Origin: Patescibacteria group bacterium | GTDB taxonomy: Bacteria; Patescibacteriota; UBA1384; XYA2-FULL-43-10; 1-14-0-10-43-13 | Assembly: GCA_041671645.1 (NCBI GenBank) | Contig: JBAZBD010000001.1 | Coordinates: 85,561 to 149,560 of the forward strand | Direction of reading: 5' to 3' | Length of the DNA: 64,000 nt | Shown here: positions 1 through 7,727 of the stretch, piece after piece | Layout: every line of letters starts with the position of its first letter | Position numbering within the stretch: position 1 is the first letter of the stretch | Position numbers and translations under genes: made by a program | Notes under the pieces: model-generated | What the model saw: only the letters and a program-made list of their open reading frames with translations | Databases searched by the model: none | What the model was told of the DNA's origin: nothing

Positions 1-729
1 ATTCCGATTACCGATGCGCGAGACAGATTCAATCAGATTATTGAAGAAGTCGAAGCCAGCGATGATATGTACGTGGTGACCAAGAACGGCAAACCGTCAG
101 CAATCATCGTCGGTGTCCACCACCTTGAAAAATTGACAGGTAACAAGCTGCCGACAGAGTCATTTTCTGAAGAAAAAACAGATGAACCGGTTGCTAGCGC
201 AACTCCGTCTGCTGATAATATTGACGCAGTTGCACCAATTGATGAACCGATGGAAGAAAAGCCCGTTGACGTAGATTCTTCGGCCTCGGCAGCGACGCCA
301 GTGACCGCCCCAACATCCGATTCTGCAGATATTGATTCGTACAATCCCAAGACAACAGAGGCCCAGGATAATCAAACTGATGACCTTTTCGAAACACCAA
401 AAGACGAAATACTCGCCGCCCCAACCACTTCTACTCCTCCAGTTACCCCAACTGCGCCAGTCGTGCCAGCTCCGGCCGAACCTGTCGCAGCGGCTATAGC
501 CCCAACCGCAGAACCTGCCCCCGTGGCGAAAGAGACCCCAATGACAGCCCCAGCAGAATCAGCTACTTCACCAATTGATGAGCCTCTTCCCGAGGAAAAT
601 CCTGCTTCGACATCAATGCCTTCGACTCCTTTCCCAAATTCTTTCCCCTCGACCATGCCAGCGCCAACACCTCCTGCCACACCAGTCACTCCTCCGACAC
701 CGCCAACCCCACCTGTAACTTCAATTTAA
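1..729 (+). CDS. Phd/YefM-type antitoxin-like domain protein with long Pro/Thr/Ala-rich disordered C-terminal tail (5' end outside window)
   Basis: In-frame translation from base 1 reads IPITDARDRFNQIIEEVEASDDMYVVTKNGKPSAIIVGVHHLEKL, which matches the Phd/YefM fold signature. The remaining roughly 180 aa are a PT/PA-rich low-complexity region (PVTPTAPVVPAPAEP...PPTPPTPPVTSI). Confidence 0.6.
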   Translation: MPITDARDRFNQIIEEVEASDDMYVVTKNGKPSAIIVGVHHLEKLTGNKLPTESFSEEKTDEPVASATPSADNIDAVAPIDEPMEEKPVDVDSSASAATPVTAPTSDSADIDSYNPKTTEAQDNQTDDLFETPKDEILAAPTTSTPPVTPTAPVVPAPAEPVAAAIAPTAEPAPVAKETPMTAPAESATSPIDEPLPEENPASTSMPSTPFPNSFPSTMPAPTPPATPVTPPTPPTPPVTSI

Positions 730-737
730 TATTCAAC

Positions 738-769
738 TAAAAAATCCTTCGGCTCTCGAAGGATTTTTT
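738..769. terminator. Bidirectional rho-independent terminator hairpin between convergent genes
   Basis: aaaaaatccttcg-gctct-cgaaggatttttt is a perfect 13-bp stem with A/T runs on both sides. Confidence 0.7.
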
Positions 770-794
770 GTATAGATACATTTGACTTTCGACT

Positions 795-1421
795 TTAGAC
801 TTTCGACTTTCGACTTAATTTGAGATGTCTCCAGACGTAGAGAACGATCAGAAGTATTACTATCACGAGCATCGCCATATCGAAATTGTGCAATTTGGTC
901 CTGATCGCTTCCCAATTCGCACCCATTTTGACACCGAGCCAGGCGAAAAGCGCCGTCCAGGGCAAAGCGCCCAGGAAGGTATAGATTGAGAAACGCTTAA
1001 AGTTCATCTTGGCGATTCCGGCAGGAAATGAGATATAAGTGCGAATCACTGGTAGGAGTCGGCCAAAGAAAACCGTGGCGTCGCCATATTTCGTGAACCA
1101 CTTGTCGGCTAAATTGAGATCGTGTTTGGAGATCAGGATATATTTGCCGTACTTCTCTATCAGCGGTCTTCCGCCACGATGGCCTATCCAGTAGGCCAGC
1201 CAAGAACCGACCAAATTGCCGAAGGCGCCGAGAAAGGTAATAGCCCAAAAATTCATCTTCCCTTCGGCGACCAGGAATCCGGAGAAAGGCATGATCACTT
1301 CTGATGGCATCGGGATACCGCAAGATTCGACCGTCATGAGCAGGAAGACACCAGAATATCCCATGACATCAATAATATTGATAACTGCTTGGGCCAACGC
1401 ATCGATAATGTTTGTAATCAT
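795..1421 (-). CDS. dedA: DedA/TVP38 family membrane protein
   Basis: VFLLMTVESCGIPMPSEVIMPFSGFLV and GRLLPVIRTYISFPAG are typical DedA motifs in a multi-TM protein. The C-terminus KLSRKSKV is encoded by the GACTTTC tandem repeat. Confidence 0.75.
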   Translation of the reverse strand: MITNIIDALAQAVINIIDVMGYSGVFLLMTVESCGIPMPSEVIMPFSGFLVAEGKMNFWAITFLGAFGNLVGSWLAYWIGHRGGRPLIEKYGKYILISKHDLNLADKWFTKYGDATVFFGRLLPVIRTYISFPAGIAKMNFKRFSIYTFLGALPWTALFAWLGVKMGANWEAIRTKLHNFDMAMLVIVILLIVLYVWRHLKLSRKSKV

Positions 1422-1528
1422 AAGTAGTGTTTCGTATTACGTATTAAGTATTAGGGGGAAATGAAAATTCACTCTTCTAATTCTACTCGATTTGGTTCAT
1501 TTTTTGAAGATGATAACTTACTTACCGT

Positions 1529-2740
1529 TTAGGTTAGTTCCCAGTTTGAATCCACATCAATCTCATCCCAATTCGAAATTTTGCCCTGTTTGATATGATG
1601 ATAAGCCGCCAACCCGATCATAGCCGCATTATCCCCAGTCATGTCTCGAGGCGGAGTCAAAAATTGAATAGTTTTATCTTTCGACTTTATACTTTCAACT
1701 TTCAACTGGATTTGGCTTGCCAGATACTGATTGGCCGAAACTCCTCCAGCGAAAACAACGGTCTTGGGCTGGAACTCCTTGACCGCTCTAGCGGTTTTCG
1801 TCGCCAGTACCTCGGCCACTGCCTCCTCGAAGGCGTACGCAATTTCCTGCTTGATTTCATCTGGAATTTCGGTTGGAGAATTCAAATTCAGTTCTAGGAC
1901 GATATCTTTTGTCTTCTGCAAAACCGAGGTCTTGAGTCCAGAAAAAGAGAAATTATAAGTTCCATCATTCATTACCGGACGCGGGAACACAATAGAGTTT
2001 GGCGTTTGGAGTTTAAAGTTTGGAGTTTCTTCTCCTGACTCCCGGCTCCCGGCTCCCAACCTTCTAAACTCGCAGGCGAGTTTAGAAATCGCTGGTCCCC
2101 CCGGGTAGCCCAGCCCCAGAAGCTTGGCGACCTTGTCATAAGCTTCGCCAACGGCGTCATCGAGTGTCTGACCAAGCGTCTCGTAAATCCCATGATCTTT
2201 CATTAATGTAAGGGACGTATGCCCACCAGAAACAGTCAGGGCAAGAATCGGGAATTGATCATCTGCACTTGATAATTCTCGGCTGAAGGCCGAGTAAATG
2301 TGTCCTTCGATATGATTGATTGGAATTATTGGCAACCCTCTGGCGTAGGCCATAGTTTTCGCTGCATTGAAGCCTACGAGCAGAGAACCGATCAAGCCTG
2401 GCCCAGCGGTGACAGCAATATGAGTAATCCCAGAAAGCTCTTCTATCGCTTCCTGATAATCGGCAGGGCCAACTTCTCGGCCCAATAATAGCGCTTGCGA
2501 GATGACTGGTATAATTGCTTCCATATGAGCGCGACTAGCCACCTCTGGGACGACCCCTCCGGTTTGGGCATGAAGATCAATTTGGGAGGAAATAATATTC
2601 GACAAAATGACAGGTCTAAGGCCTGTCATCCCGGACTTGATCCGGGATCCATCTAATTGCTCTTCAATTACTGCCGCCGCCGTCTCATCACAACTAGTTT
2701 CAATAGCCAGTATGCGAATTTTAGTATTTTTATTATTCAT
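1529..2740 (-). CDS. tsaD: tRNA N6-adenosine threonylcarbamoyltransferase TsaD (Kae1/YgjD family), with low-complexity inserts
   Basis: N-terminus ILAIETSCDETAAAV, plus HIEGHIYSA and GGVSANQYL motifs. It is about 60 aa longer than usual because of repeat-encoded inserts. Confidence 0.9.
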   Translation of the reverse strand: MNNKNTKIRILAIETSCDETAAAVIEEQLDGSRIKSGMTGLRPVILSNIISSQIDLHAQTGGVVPEVASRAHMEAIIPVISQALLLGREVGPADYQEAIEELSGITHIAVTAGPGLIGSLLVGFNAAKTMAYARGLPIIPINHIEGHIYSAFSRELSSADDQFPILALTVSGGHTSLTLMKDHGIYETLGQTLDDAVGEAYDKVAKLLGLGYPGGPAISKLACEFRRLGAGSRESGEETPNFKLQTPNSIVFPRPVMNDGTYNFSFSGLKTSVLQKTKDIVLELNLNSPTEIPDEIKQEIAYAFEEAVAEVLATKTARAVKEFQPKTVVFAGGVSANQYLASQIQLKVESIKSKDKTIQFLTPPRDMTGDNAAMIGLAAYHHIKQGKISNWDEIDVDSNWELT

Positions 2741-2898
2741 ATTTTTTCGCGCCTCGTCTCGTCCTCCGTAGCTTTAGCGAAGGATGGATCACAGCCCCAA
2801 AGGGGCCCCTTCGGGGCTAGTTTCAATGGCTAATATTCTGATTTTGCTCTTTTCCATTCCATTGTTTTACCATTTTTGAGCCTCTGATTCAATCAGAG

Positions 2899-3885
2899 AT
2901 GTTTCCACCTACCCGCTCTACCTGTTATAATTGTGACATGAACAATATCTTCCAATCCAAAGAGTGGGAGCAGTTTAAACTTGCTACCGGTTACCAGAAG
3001 AGCTACTGGGTTGGTGATATTTTGGTCCTGCAGAAAAATCTGCCCCTAGGCTATTCAATGCTGTACGCGCCGATGGCGAATAGCGAATCTGGAATCTGGA
3101 ATCTAGAATCTGGAATAAAAGAATTTTCGAAACAGATAAGAGAAATAGCGAGGCAAAATAATAGCATTTTCTTTCGCTTGGAGTTTAATGTCCCTGTGGC
3201 TGGACCAAATTCAAAATTCAAAATTCTAGATTCCCGCTTTGGTTTTGCCAAAGCGTTCGAGGAAATGCAGCCAGAGCACACTCTCTTGCTTGATCTCTCC
3301 AAAACAGAAGAGGAATTGCTCTCCGAGATGAAGCAAAAGGGACGCTATAATATCAAAGTGGCAAGCAAAAACGAGGTTAAAATTCATTTTGGGACTAGCC
3401 CTAATGACATCGATAGCTTTTACAATCTTTACGAACAAACAGCCAAACGACACGGCATCACCCATCGAGCCAAAAAATATTTCATCCAGCTAGTTGAAAT
3501 CCTCTCGCAAAAAGGTTACTGTCGTGTTTATACGGCCAAGAAAACGATTGGGGGCAAGGAAACGGATCTGGCCGCTATGATTATGGTTTATTCTGGAGAG
3601 ACCGCGATCTACATGTTTGGCGCCTCAAACGATGACTTCAAGAACACGATGGCGCCGTACCTGATGCAATGGACCGCAATCAGGGATGCGAAAGAAGAGA
3701 AATACAAGAAATATGATTTCTTCGGCATCGCACCAGATGATAATCCAAAGCATCCATGGGCCGGCGTGACCAGGTTCAAACAACAGTTCGGCGGACAAGC
3801 AGCCCAAATTGCCGGTAGCTATGACTTGATCATACAGCCTACGGCCTATCAATTATTTAAAATTGCAGAGAAAATCAGACGATGA
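2899..3885 (+). CDS. FemAB-family peptidoglycan interpeptide-bridge aminoacyltransferase
   Basis: GRYNIKVASKN, AAMIMVYSGETAIYMFGAS and YLMQWTAIRDAKEEKYKKYDFFGI match the FemABX family. Confidence 0.7.
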   Translation: MFPPTRSTCYNCDMNNIFQSKEWEQFKLATGYQKSYWVGDILVLQKNLPLGYSMLYAPMANSESGIWNLESGIKEFSKQIREIARQNNSIFFRLEFNVPVAGPNSKFKILDSRFGFAKAFEEMQPEHTLLLDLSKTEEELLSEMKQKGRYNIKVASKNEVKIHFGTSPNDIDSFYNLYEQTAKRHGITHRAKKYFIQLVEILSQKGYCRVYTAKKTIGGKETDLAAMIMVYSGETAIYMFGASNDDFKNTMAPYLMQWTAIRDAKEEKYKKYDFFGIAPDDNPKHPWAGVTRFKQQFGGQAAQIAGSYDLIIQPTAYQLFKIAEKIRR

Positions 3886-3948
3886 TTAATAGAATGATCA
3901 AGGGTCAAGTATCAATGATCAAGTAAGTTATAAAATAATTTAAGAAAA

Positions 3949-5286
3949 ATGCGAAAAATTATATCAAAACTTTTGGGTCAGAACGCCAAGAACCATCTTC
4001 ACAAGCTGGAGGCGTCTTGGTCTGTGATTAAGAATGGCAATCCAGCCAAGAAAATTAAGGTGATCGGTGTGACCGGAACCAAAGGCAAAACGACGATTGT
4101 CAGCATGATTTCTTCGATATTGGACGCCGCAGGGATCAAAAACGCCATGGAGACGACCATCAGCACCAAGATTGGCGACAAAAGAATTGCCCATCAGAGC
4201 AAAGTCCGCTGGGTGACCACTCCTCCCGCCTCCGTCATCCAATCGTTCCTGAAGAAGGCTGTCGACGCTGGTTGTGAATATGCAATATTGGAAGTGACTT
4301 CACAGGCAATCGATCAAAACCGTATCCACGGCATCAAATTCGACACTGTCGTCTACAGCAATCTGTCCCAGGATCACCTCGATTACCACAAGACTCGGGA
4401 GAATTATCTCAACGCAAAGTTAAAATTGTTCAAGGACAATCCAGAGGCCAAATCGGTCGTCAATATGGATGACCAATACTCCGAGAAATTCAATTCCCTG
4501 CCCGCAACCGAAAAATTCCTATATTCGGTCAAAAAACCGATTGAGCATGGCGCGGTCGCCCGAAAAATATTGACCAATCCAAGCGGCGTCACTTTCACAG
4601 CCGCCCACAACGAGGGACAAAATATTGTGAATTTGAAGTTGCCCGGGATTTTCAATGTTTCAAACGCCATGGCCGCCTTTTGCGTCGGATTGGCTCTGAA
4701 AATTGACCCGGCCAAGATTGTAAAGGGGCTAGAAGATATCGAGCTAGTTCCTGGTCGGATGGAACCGATCAAAGTTTCTCCCGACCAAGATTTCACTGTC
4801 ATTGTTGACTACGCTCACAATCCAGACTCGCTCAAGAATGTTTATGAAACTGTCCGTGACGGCATGAGCAATACTGGCGGACGGCTTATTTCGGTGCTCG
4901 GTGCTACTGGCCGACGCGACAAGACGAAGAGGCCAATCATGGGCGCGCTGGCTGGACGCTATGCCGACCTTGTAATATTTACCGACGAAGATCCTTATGA
5001 TGAAGACCCTGCTACTATTATGAATGAGGTGGCCGATGGAATCTTCCGAGGTGGCAAGAAGAATCAGTGGCGGATCAATAGAAATTATTGGAAAGTACTC
5101 GACCGATCTCAGGCGATTCACAAGGCAATCAAAGAAGCTAGGAAGAATGATGTCGTTCTGATTACCGGCAAGGGAGCCGAGGAAGTGATGGCTGTCGGTC
5201 CAATTGGTGAAGATAAATTCATCCCCTTTTCTGATCGTGAAATTAGCCGATCTGAATTGGAAGCAAGATTCAAAGTACGTAAATAG
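3949..5286 (+). CDS. murE: Mur ligase family protein, MurE-like (UDP-MurNAc-L-Ala-D-Glu:diamino acid ligase)
   Basis: P-loop VIGVTGTKGKTT, the Mur ligase central domain, and C-terminal ADLVIFTDEDPYDEDP resembling the MurE DNPR-type motif. The N-terminal domain is shortened. Confidence 0.7.
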   Translation: MRKIISKLLGQNAKNHLHKLEASWSVIKNGNPAKKIKVIGVTGTKGKTTIVSMISSILDAAGIKNAMETTISTKIGDKRIAHQSKVRWVTTPPASVIQSFLKKAVDAGCEYAILEVTSQAIDQNRIHGIKFDTVVYSNLSQDHLDYHKTRENYLNAKLKLFKDNPEAKSVVNMDDQYSEKFNSLPATEKFLYSVKKPIEHGAVARKILTNPSGVTFTAAHNEGQNIVNLKLPGIFNVSNAMAAFCVGLALKIDPAKIVKGLEDIELVPGRMEPIKVSPDQDFTVIVDYAHNPDSLKNVYETVRDGMSNTGGRLISVLGATGRRDKTKRPIMGALAGRYADLVIFTDEDPYDEDPATIMNEVADGIFRGGKKNQWRINRNYWKVLDRSQAIHKAIKEARKNDVVLITGKGAEEVMAVGPIGEDKFIPFSDREISRSELEARFKVRK

Positions 5287-5296
5287 AAAGATATAT

Positions 5297-5482
5297 ATGC
5301 CAGATGAAGAAGAGATAAAAGTTGAAGTGAAACAAATTGTCGATAATAAAACAGGAGTTTCGATCAATTCTGGCCCCCACCTGATCAAAGAGATTCAAAA
5401 AGAAATTGCTGTCATCGAGGAGTCTACAACTCCAGCCAAACAAGCTTTGGCCGAAAACGAAGAGTTCTGGGAAGAAAAATAG
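5297..5482 (+). CDS. Small acidic hypothetical protein (61 aa)
   Basis: ATG at 5297 just after the murE stop. The longer ORF-track form overlaps murE. Confidence 0.3.
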   Translation: MPDEEEIKVEVKQIVDNKTGVSINSGPHLIKEIQKEIAVIEESTTPAKQALAENEEFWEEK

Positions 5483-5485
5483 GAA

Positions 5486-6445
5486 CTATTTTTTGCCATG
5501 AAACTTCTGGTGCACTTCTCGCAGGTGCTGGTCGGTCACATGAGTATAAATTTGGGTCGTGGTGATTGATGAGTGGCCAAGCATAGATTGGACACTTCGA
5601 ATATCGGCACCATTGATTAATAGATCGGTTGCAAAAGAATGACGCAGAGTATGAGGCGTGCATTTTTTGGTTATGCCGGCCAATCCAGCGTACTTCTTTA
5701 CAATTCGCTCTATCGAACGAACGGTCAATCTCTCTCCCTTGGGCGATAATAGTAAAGGGTCGAGTGTCGGAGTGTCGGAGTGTCGGAGTGTCGGAGCTTC
5801 TGGCCTCTCTGCCTCTCCGCCTCTGTGCCCTTTGTTTTTATCATACTGATCTATCCAATACACCGCTGAGTCAGAGAGGAAGACAACTCTGATTTTTTTA
5901 CCCTTGCCCAGGACCGATATTTCACCCCGATCGAAATTGATGTCAGAAGTATCGAGCGCCGCCAGCTCAGAGACGCGCATACCAGTCGAGAATAGAACTT
6001 CTAATATTGCTCTGTCACGAAGACCAGTCACTTTGGTCGTATCAGGCTTCTCTAATATTCCAGAGACTTCTTCGCCTCCCAGGAAGCTGATTTCGCGATC
6101 CCCAGTCTTGGCGACGGGCACTTTCTCTGGCGCTAATGTCTCGATCCCGCGCCAGGAAAGATAGCGCAAGAACGCCCGCAGGGCCAAAATGTGATAATTT
6201 TGAGTAATCAATTTTAGTTCTAATCCCTCTTGGTCGGTCAGACGATTGACATGCAGGCGATATTTGCGCACGATTTCCTGAGTAATATTTGCTGGAGTCA
6301 GCTCCGCCCCAGAATTATTTTCCGCAAGATAGTCCAAGAATCGGGAAATATATCGATCATAATTTTCAATTGTCAGAACAGCCCGACCCTTTTCGAGCTC
6401 ACAATGTTCTAGAAATTGTCTTTTGAGTTCTTGCAGCGAAGCCAT
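5486..6445 (-). CDS. xerD: Tyrosine recombinase XerC/XerD family
   Basis: HTLRHSFATDLLINGADIRSVQSMLGHSSITTTQIYTHV catalytic region with an N-terminal core-binding domain. The likely start is MASLQEL at 6445. It contains a tandem-repeat-encoded insert. Confidence 0.85.
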   Translation of the reverse strand: MASLQELKRQFLEHCELEKGRAVLTIENYDRYISRFLDYLAENNSGAELTPANITQEIVRKYRLHVNRLTDQEGLELKLITQNYHILALRAFLRYLSWRGIETLAPEKVPVAKTGDREISFLGGEEVSGILEKPDTTKVTGLRDRAILEVLFSTGMRVSELAALDTSDINFDRGEISVLGKGKKIRVVFLSDSAVYWIDQYDKNKGHRGGEAERPEAPTLRHSDTPTLDPLLLSPKGERLTVRSIERIVKKYAGLAGITKKCTPHTLRHSFATDLLINGADIRSVQSMLGHSSITTTQIYTHVTDQHLREVHQKFHGKK

Positions 6446-6483
6446 GATTGATAACTTTATACTTTTAACTTTATAGCTAGTTT

Positions 6484-7095
6484 CTAATCCACGTCCCATT
6501 TGTGTTCGTTGTTGTGAACAAGCCAGTAAGCCACGATGCCGGAGGAGATGCCAAGGAAGGCACCGGCCAGGACGTCAGATGGATAGTGTAGCCCTGCCCC
6601 CACACGTCCGGCCCCAACCAGAATTGCCAGGAGAAACAATACCATCCCAAGTCTTTTGTGCCCATAGAGAAATATGCTGGTGGCGATGGCAAAAGCAACA
6701 TAAGTGTGAACTGAGGGAAATGAGACGCTATAGACCCGAAGCCCCTCAATAATTGGCGTCATTACTTCGCTGCTATGGCTGATGAATGGTCTCGGCCGGC
6801 GCCAAAAAAGCGCTATTGCAAGATCGACAAATCCGGCGATTGCCATAGCGGCAAATGTACAGTAAAACGCATTTACTTTGCCCCGCAGGATCAGATAGAT
6901 ATAGGAGAGAAAGAAAAATATGATGCCATATTTGGCACAGAAAAGATAAATCTCGTTTAGCCATGGCCGTCCGTGGATAGCACCATGGAAGAAGAGATAG
7001 GTCTGGTAGTCATAGAATCTGGCTGTATCAAATAAATGTTCCATGACATTATTATACAGGACTGGCTTTCGTCTACCAACTTTTGATAAAATCAC
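6484..7095 (-). CDS. PAP2-family phosphatase (undecaprenyl-diphosphatase/phosphatidic acid phosphatase type 2-like)
   Basis: PAP2 motifs: K...RP (FWRRPRP), PSVH (FPSVHT) and SR...H...D-like (GRVGAGLHYPSDVLAG). The true start may be internal (MEHLFD). Confidence 0.7.
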   Translation of the reverse strand: MILSKVGRRKPVLYNNVMEHLFDTARFYDYQTYLFFHGAIHGRPWLNEIYLFCAKYGIIFFFLSYIYLILRGKVNAFYCTFAAMAIAGFVDLAIALFWRRPRPFISHSSEVMTPIIEGLRVYSVSFPSVHTYVAFAIATSIFLYGHKRLGMVLFLLAILVGAGRVGAGLHYPSDVLAGAFLGISSGIVAYWLVHNNEHKWDVD

Positions 7096-7098
7096 TCT

Positions 7099-7665
7099 AT
7101 GAACGCAGATGAAATTAAGAAAATCCGTACCGAAAGAAATCCCGAGGAAGAGACACTCTGGCGCAAGATTGCTAAATGGGTCCTGATCGTGGCGATTATT
7201 TTGGTCTTCATCGAATTAATTACCAAGCCGCTTCGCCATCACTGGGCAGATGATTACTTGGAGCGGGGCGACCAATATCTAATACAGAAGAAATATCTTT
7301 CAGCCGAGCTTGAATATCAGAAGTCGGCCATATTTTACAAAACAAGTTTGGCAGAAGATCGTCAAGAATTGGCAAATCAAGCCCAGACGGATGTGCTCAA
7401 ACTCAAGCCATTTCTTCAATCCAAAAATATTAGCAAAGCAATCGAGGATTTTGAGACAGCAACTGCCAAATACACTCATTACGACGCCCTGAGGGTGAGC
7501 AAAGAGCTTTATGAGAAGGGCGAGCTCCAACTGGCCCTTGTCGCTCTCGATAATGACCCAGACAAAGCCAACGACGAACACATAAGCTTCGACAAGATTA
7601 TAAACAAAGCGATTTTGGCCAGACTCGAACTTTCCAGCAACGCAAAGCAAAAGTACAGGGAGTAA
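7099..7665 (+). CDS. Hypothetical membrane-anchored protein (single N-terminal TM, helical C-terminal domain)
   Basis: Hydrophobic segment WVLIVAIILVFIELI with no recognisable domain. Confidence 0.4.
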   Translation: MNADEIKKIRTERNPEEETLWRKIAKWVLIVAIILVFIELITKPLRHHWADDYLERGDQYLIQKKYLSAELEYQKSAIFYKTSLAEDRQELANQAQTDVLKLKPFLQSKNISKAIEDFETATAKYTHYDALRVSKELYEKGELQLALVALDNDPDKANDEHISFDKIINKAILARLELSSNAKQKYRE

Positions 7666-7727
7666 ATAGGCACTTTATCGGTTGCAAAATAAACGGTATA
7701 ATAATTGTAACTAATAGCGGAGGGGTT

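Noticed and set aside
5204-5482. 92-aa ORF-track version of the small post-murE ORF
   Set aside because: Its 5' third overlaps the murE 3' end in another frame. Only the 5297-5482 portion is plausible, and even that has low confidence.
5762-5796. Possible CRISPR-like direct repeats (GAGTGTCG x4)
   Set aside because: The units are contiguous 8-mers without spacers, lie inside the xerD coding sequence in frame, and no cas genes are present. It is a microsatellite-type array, not CRISPR.
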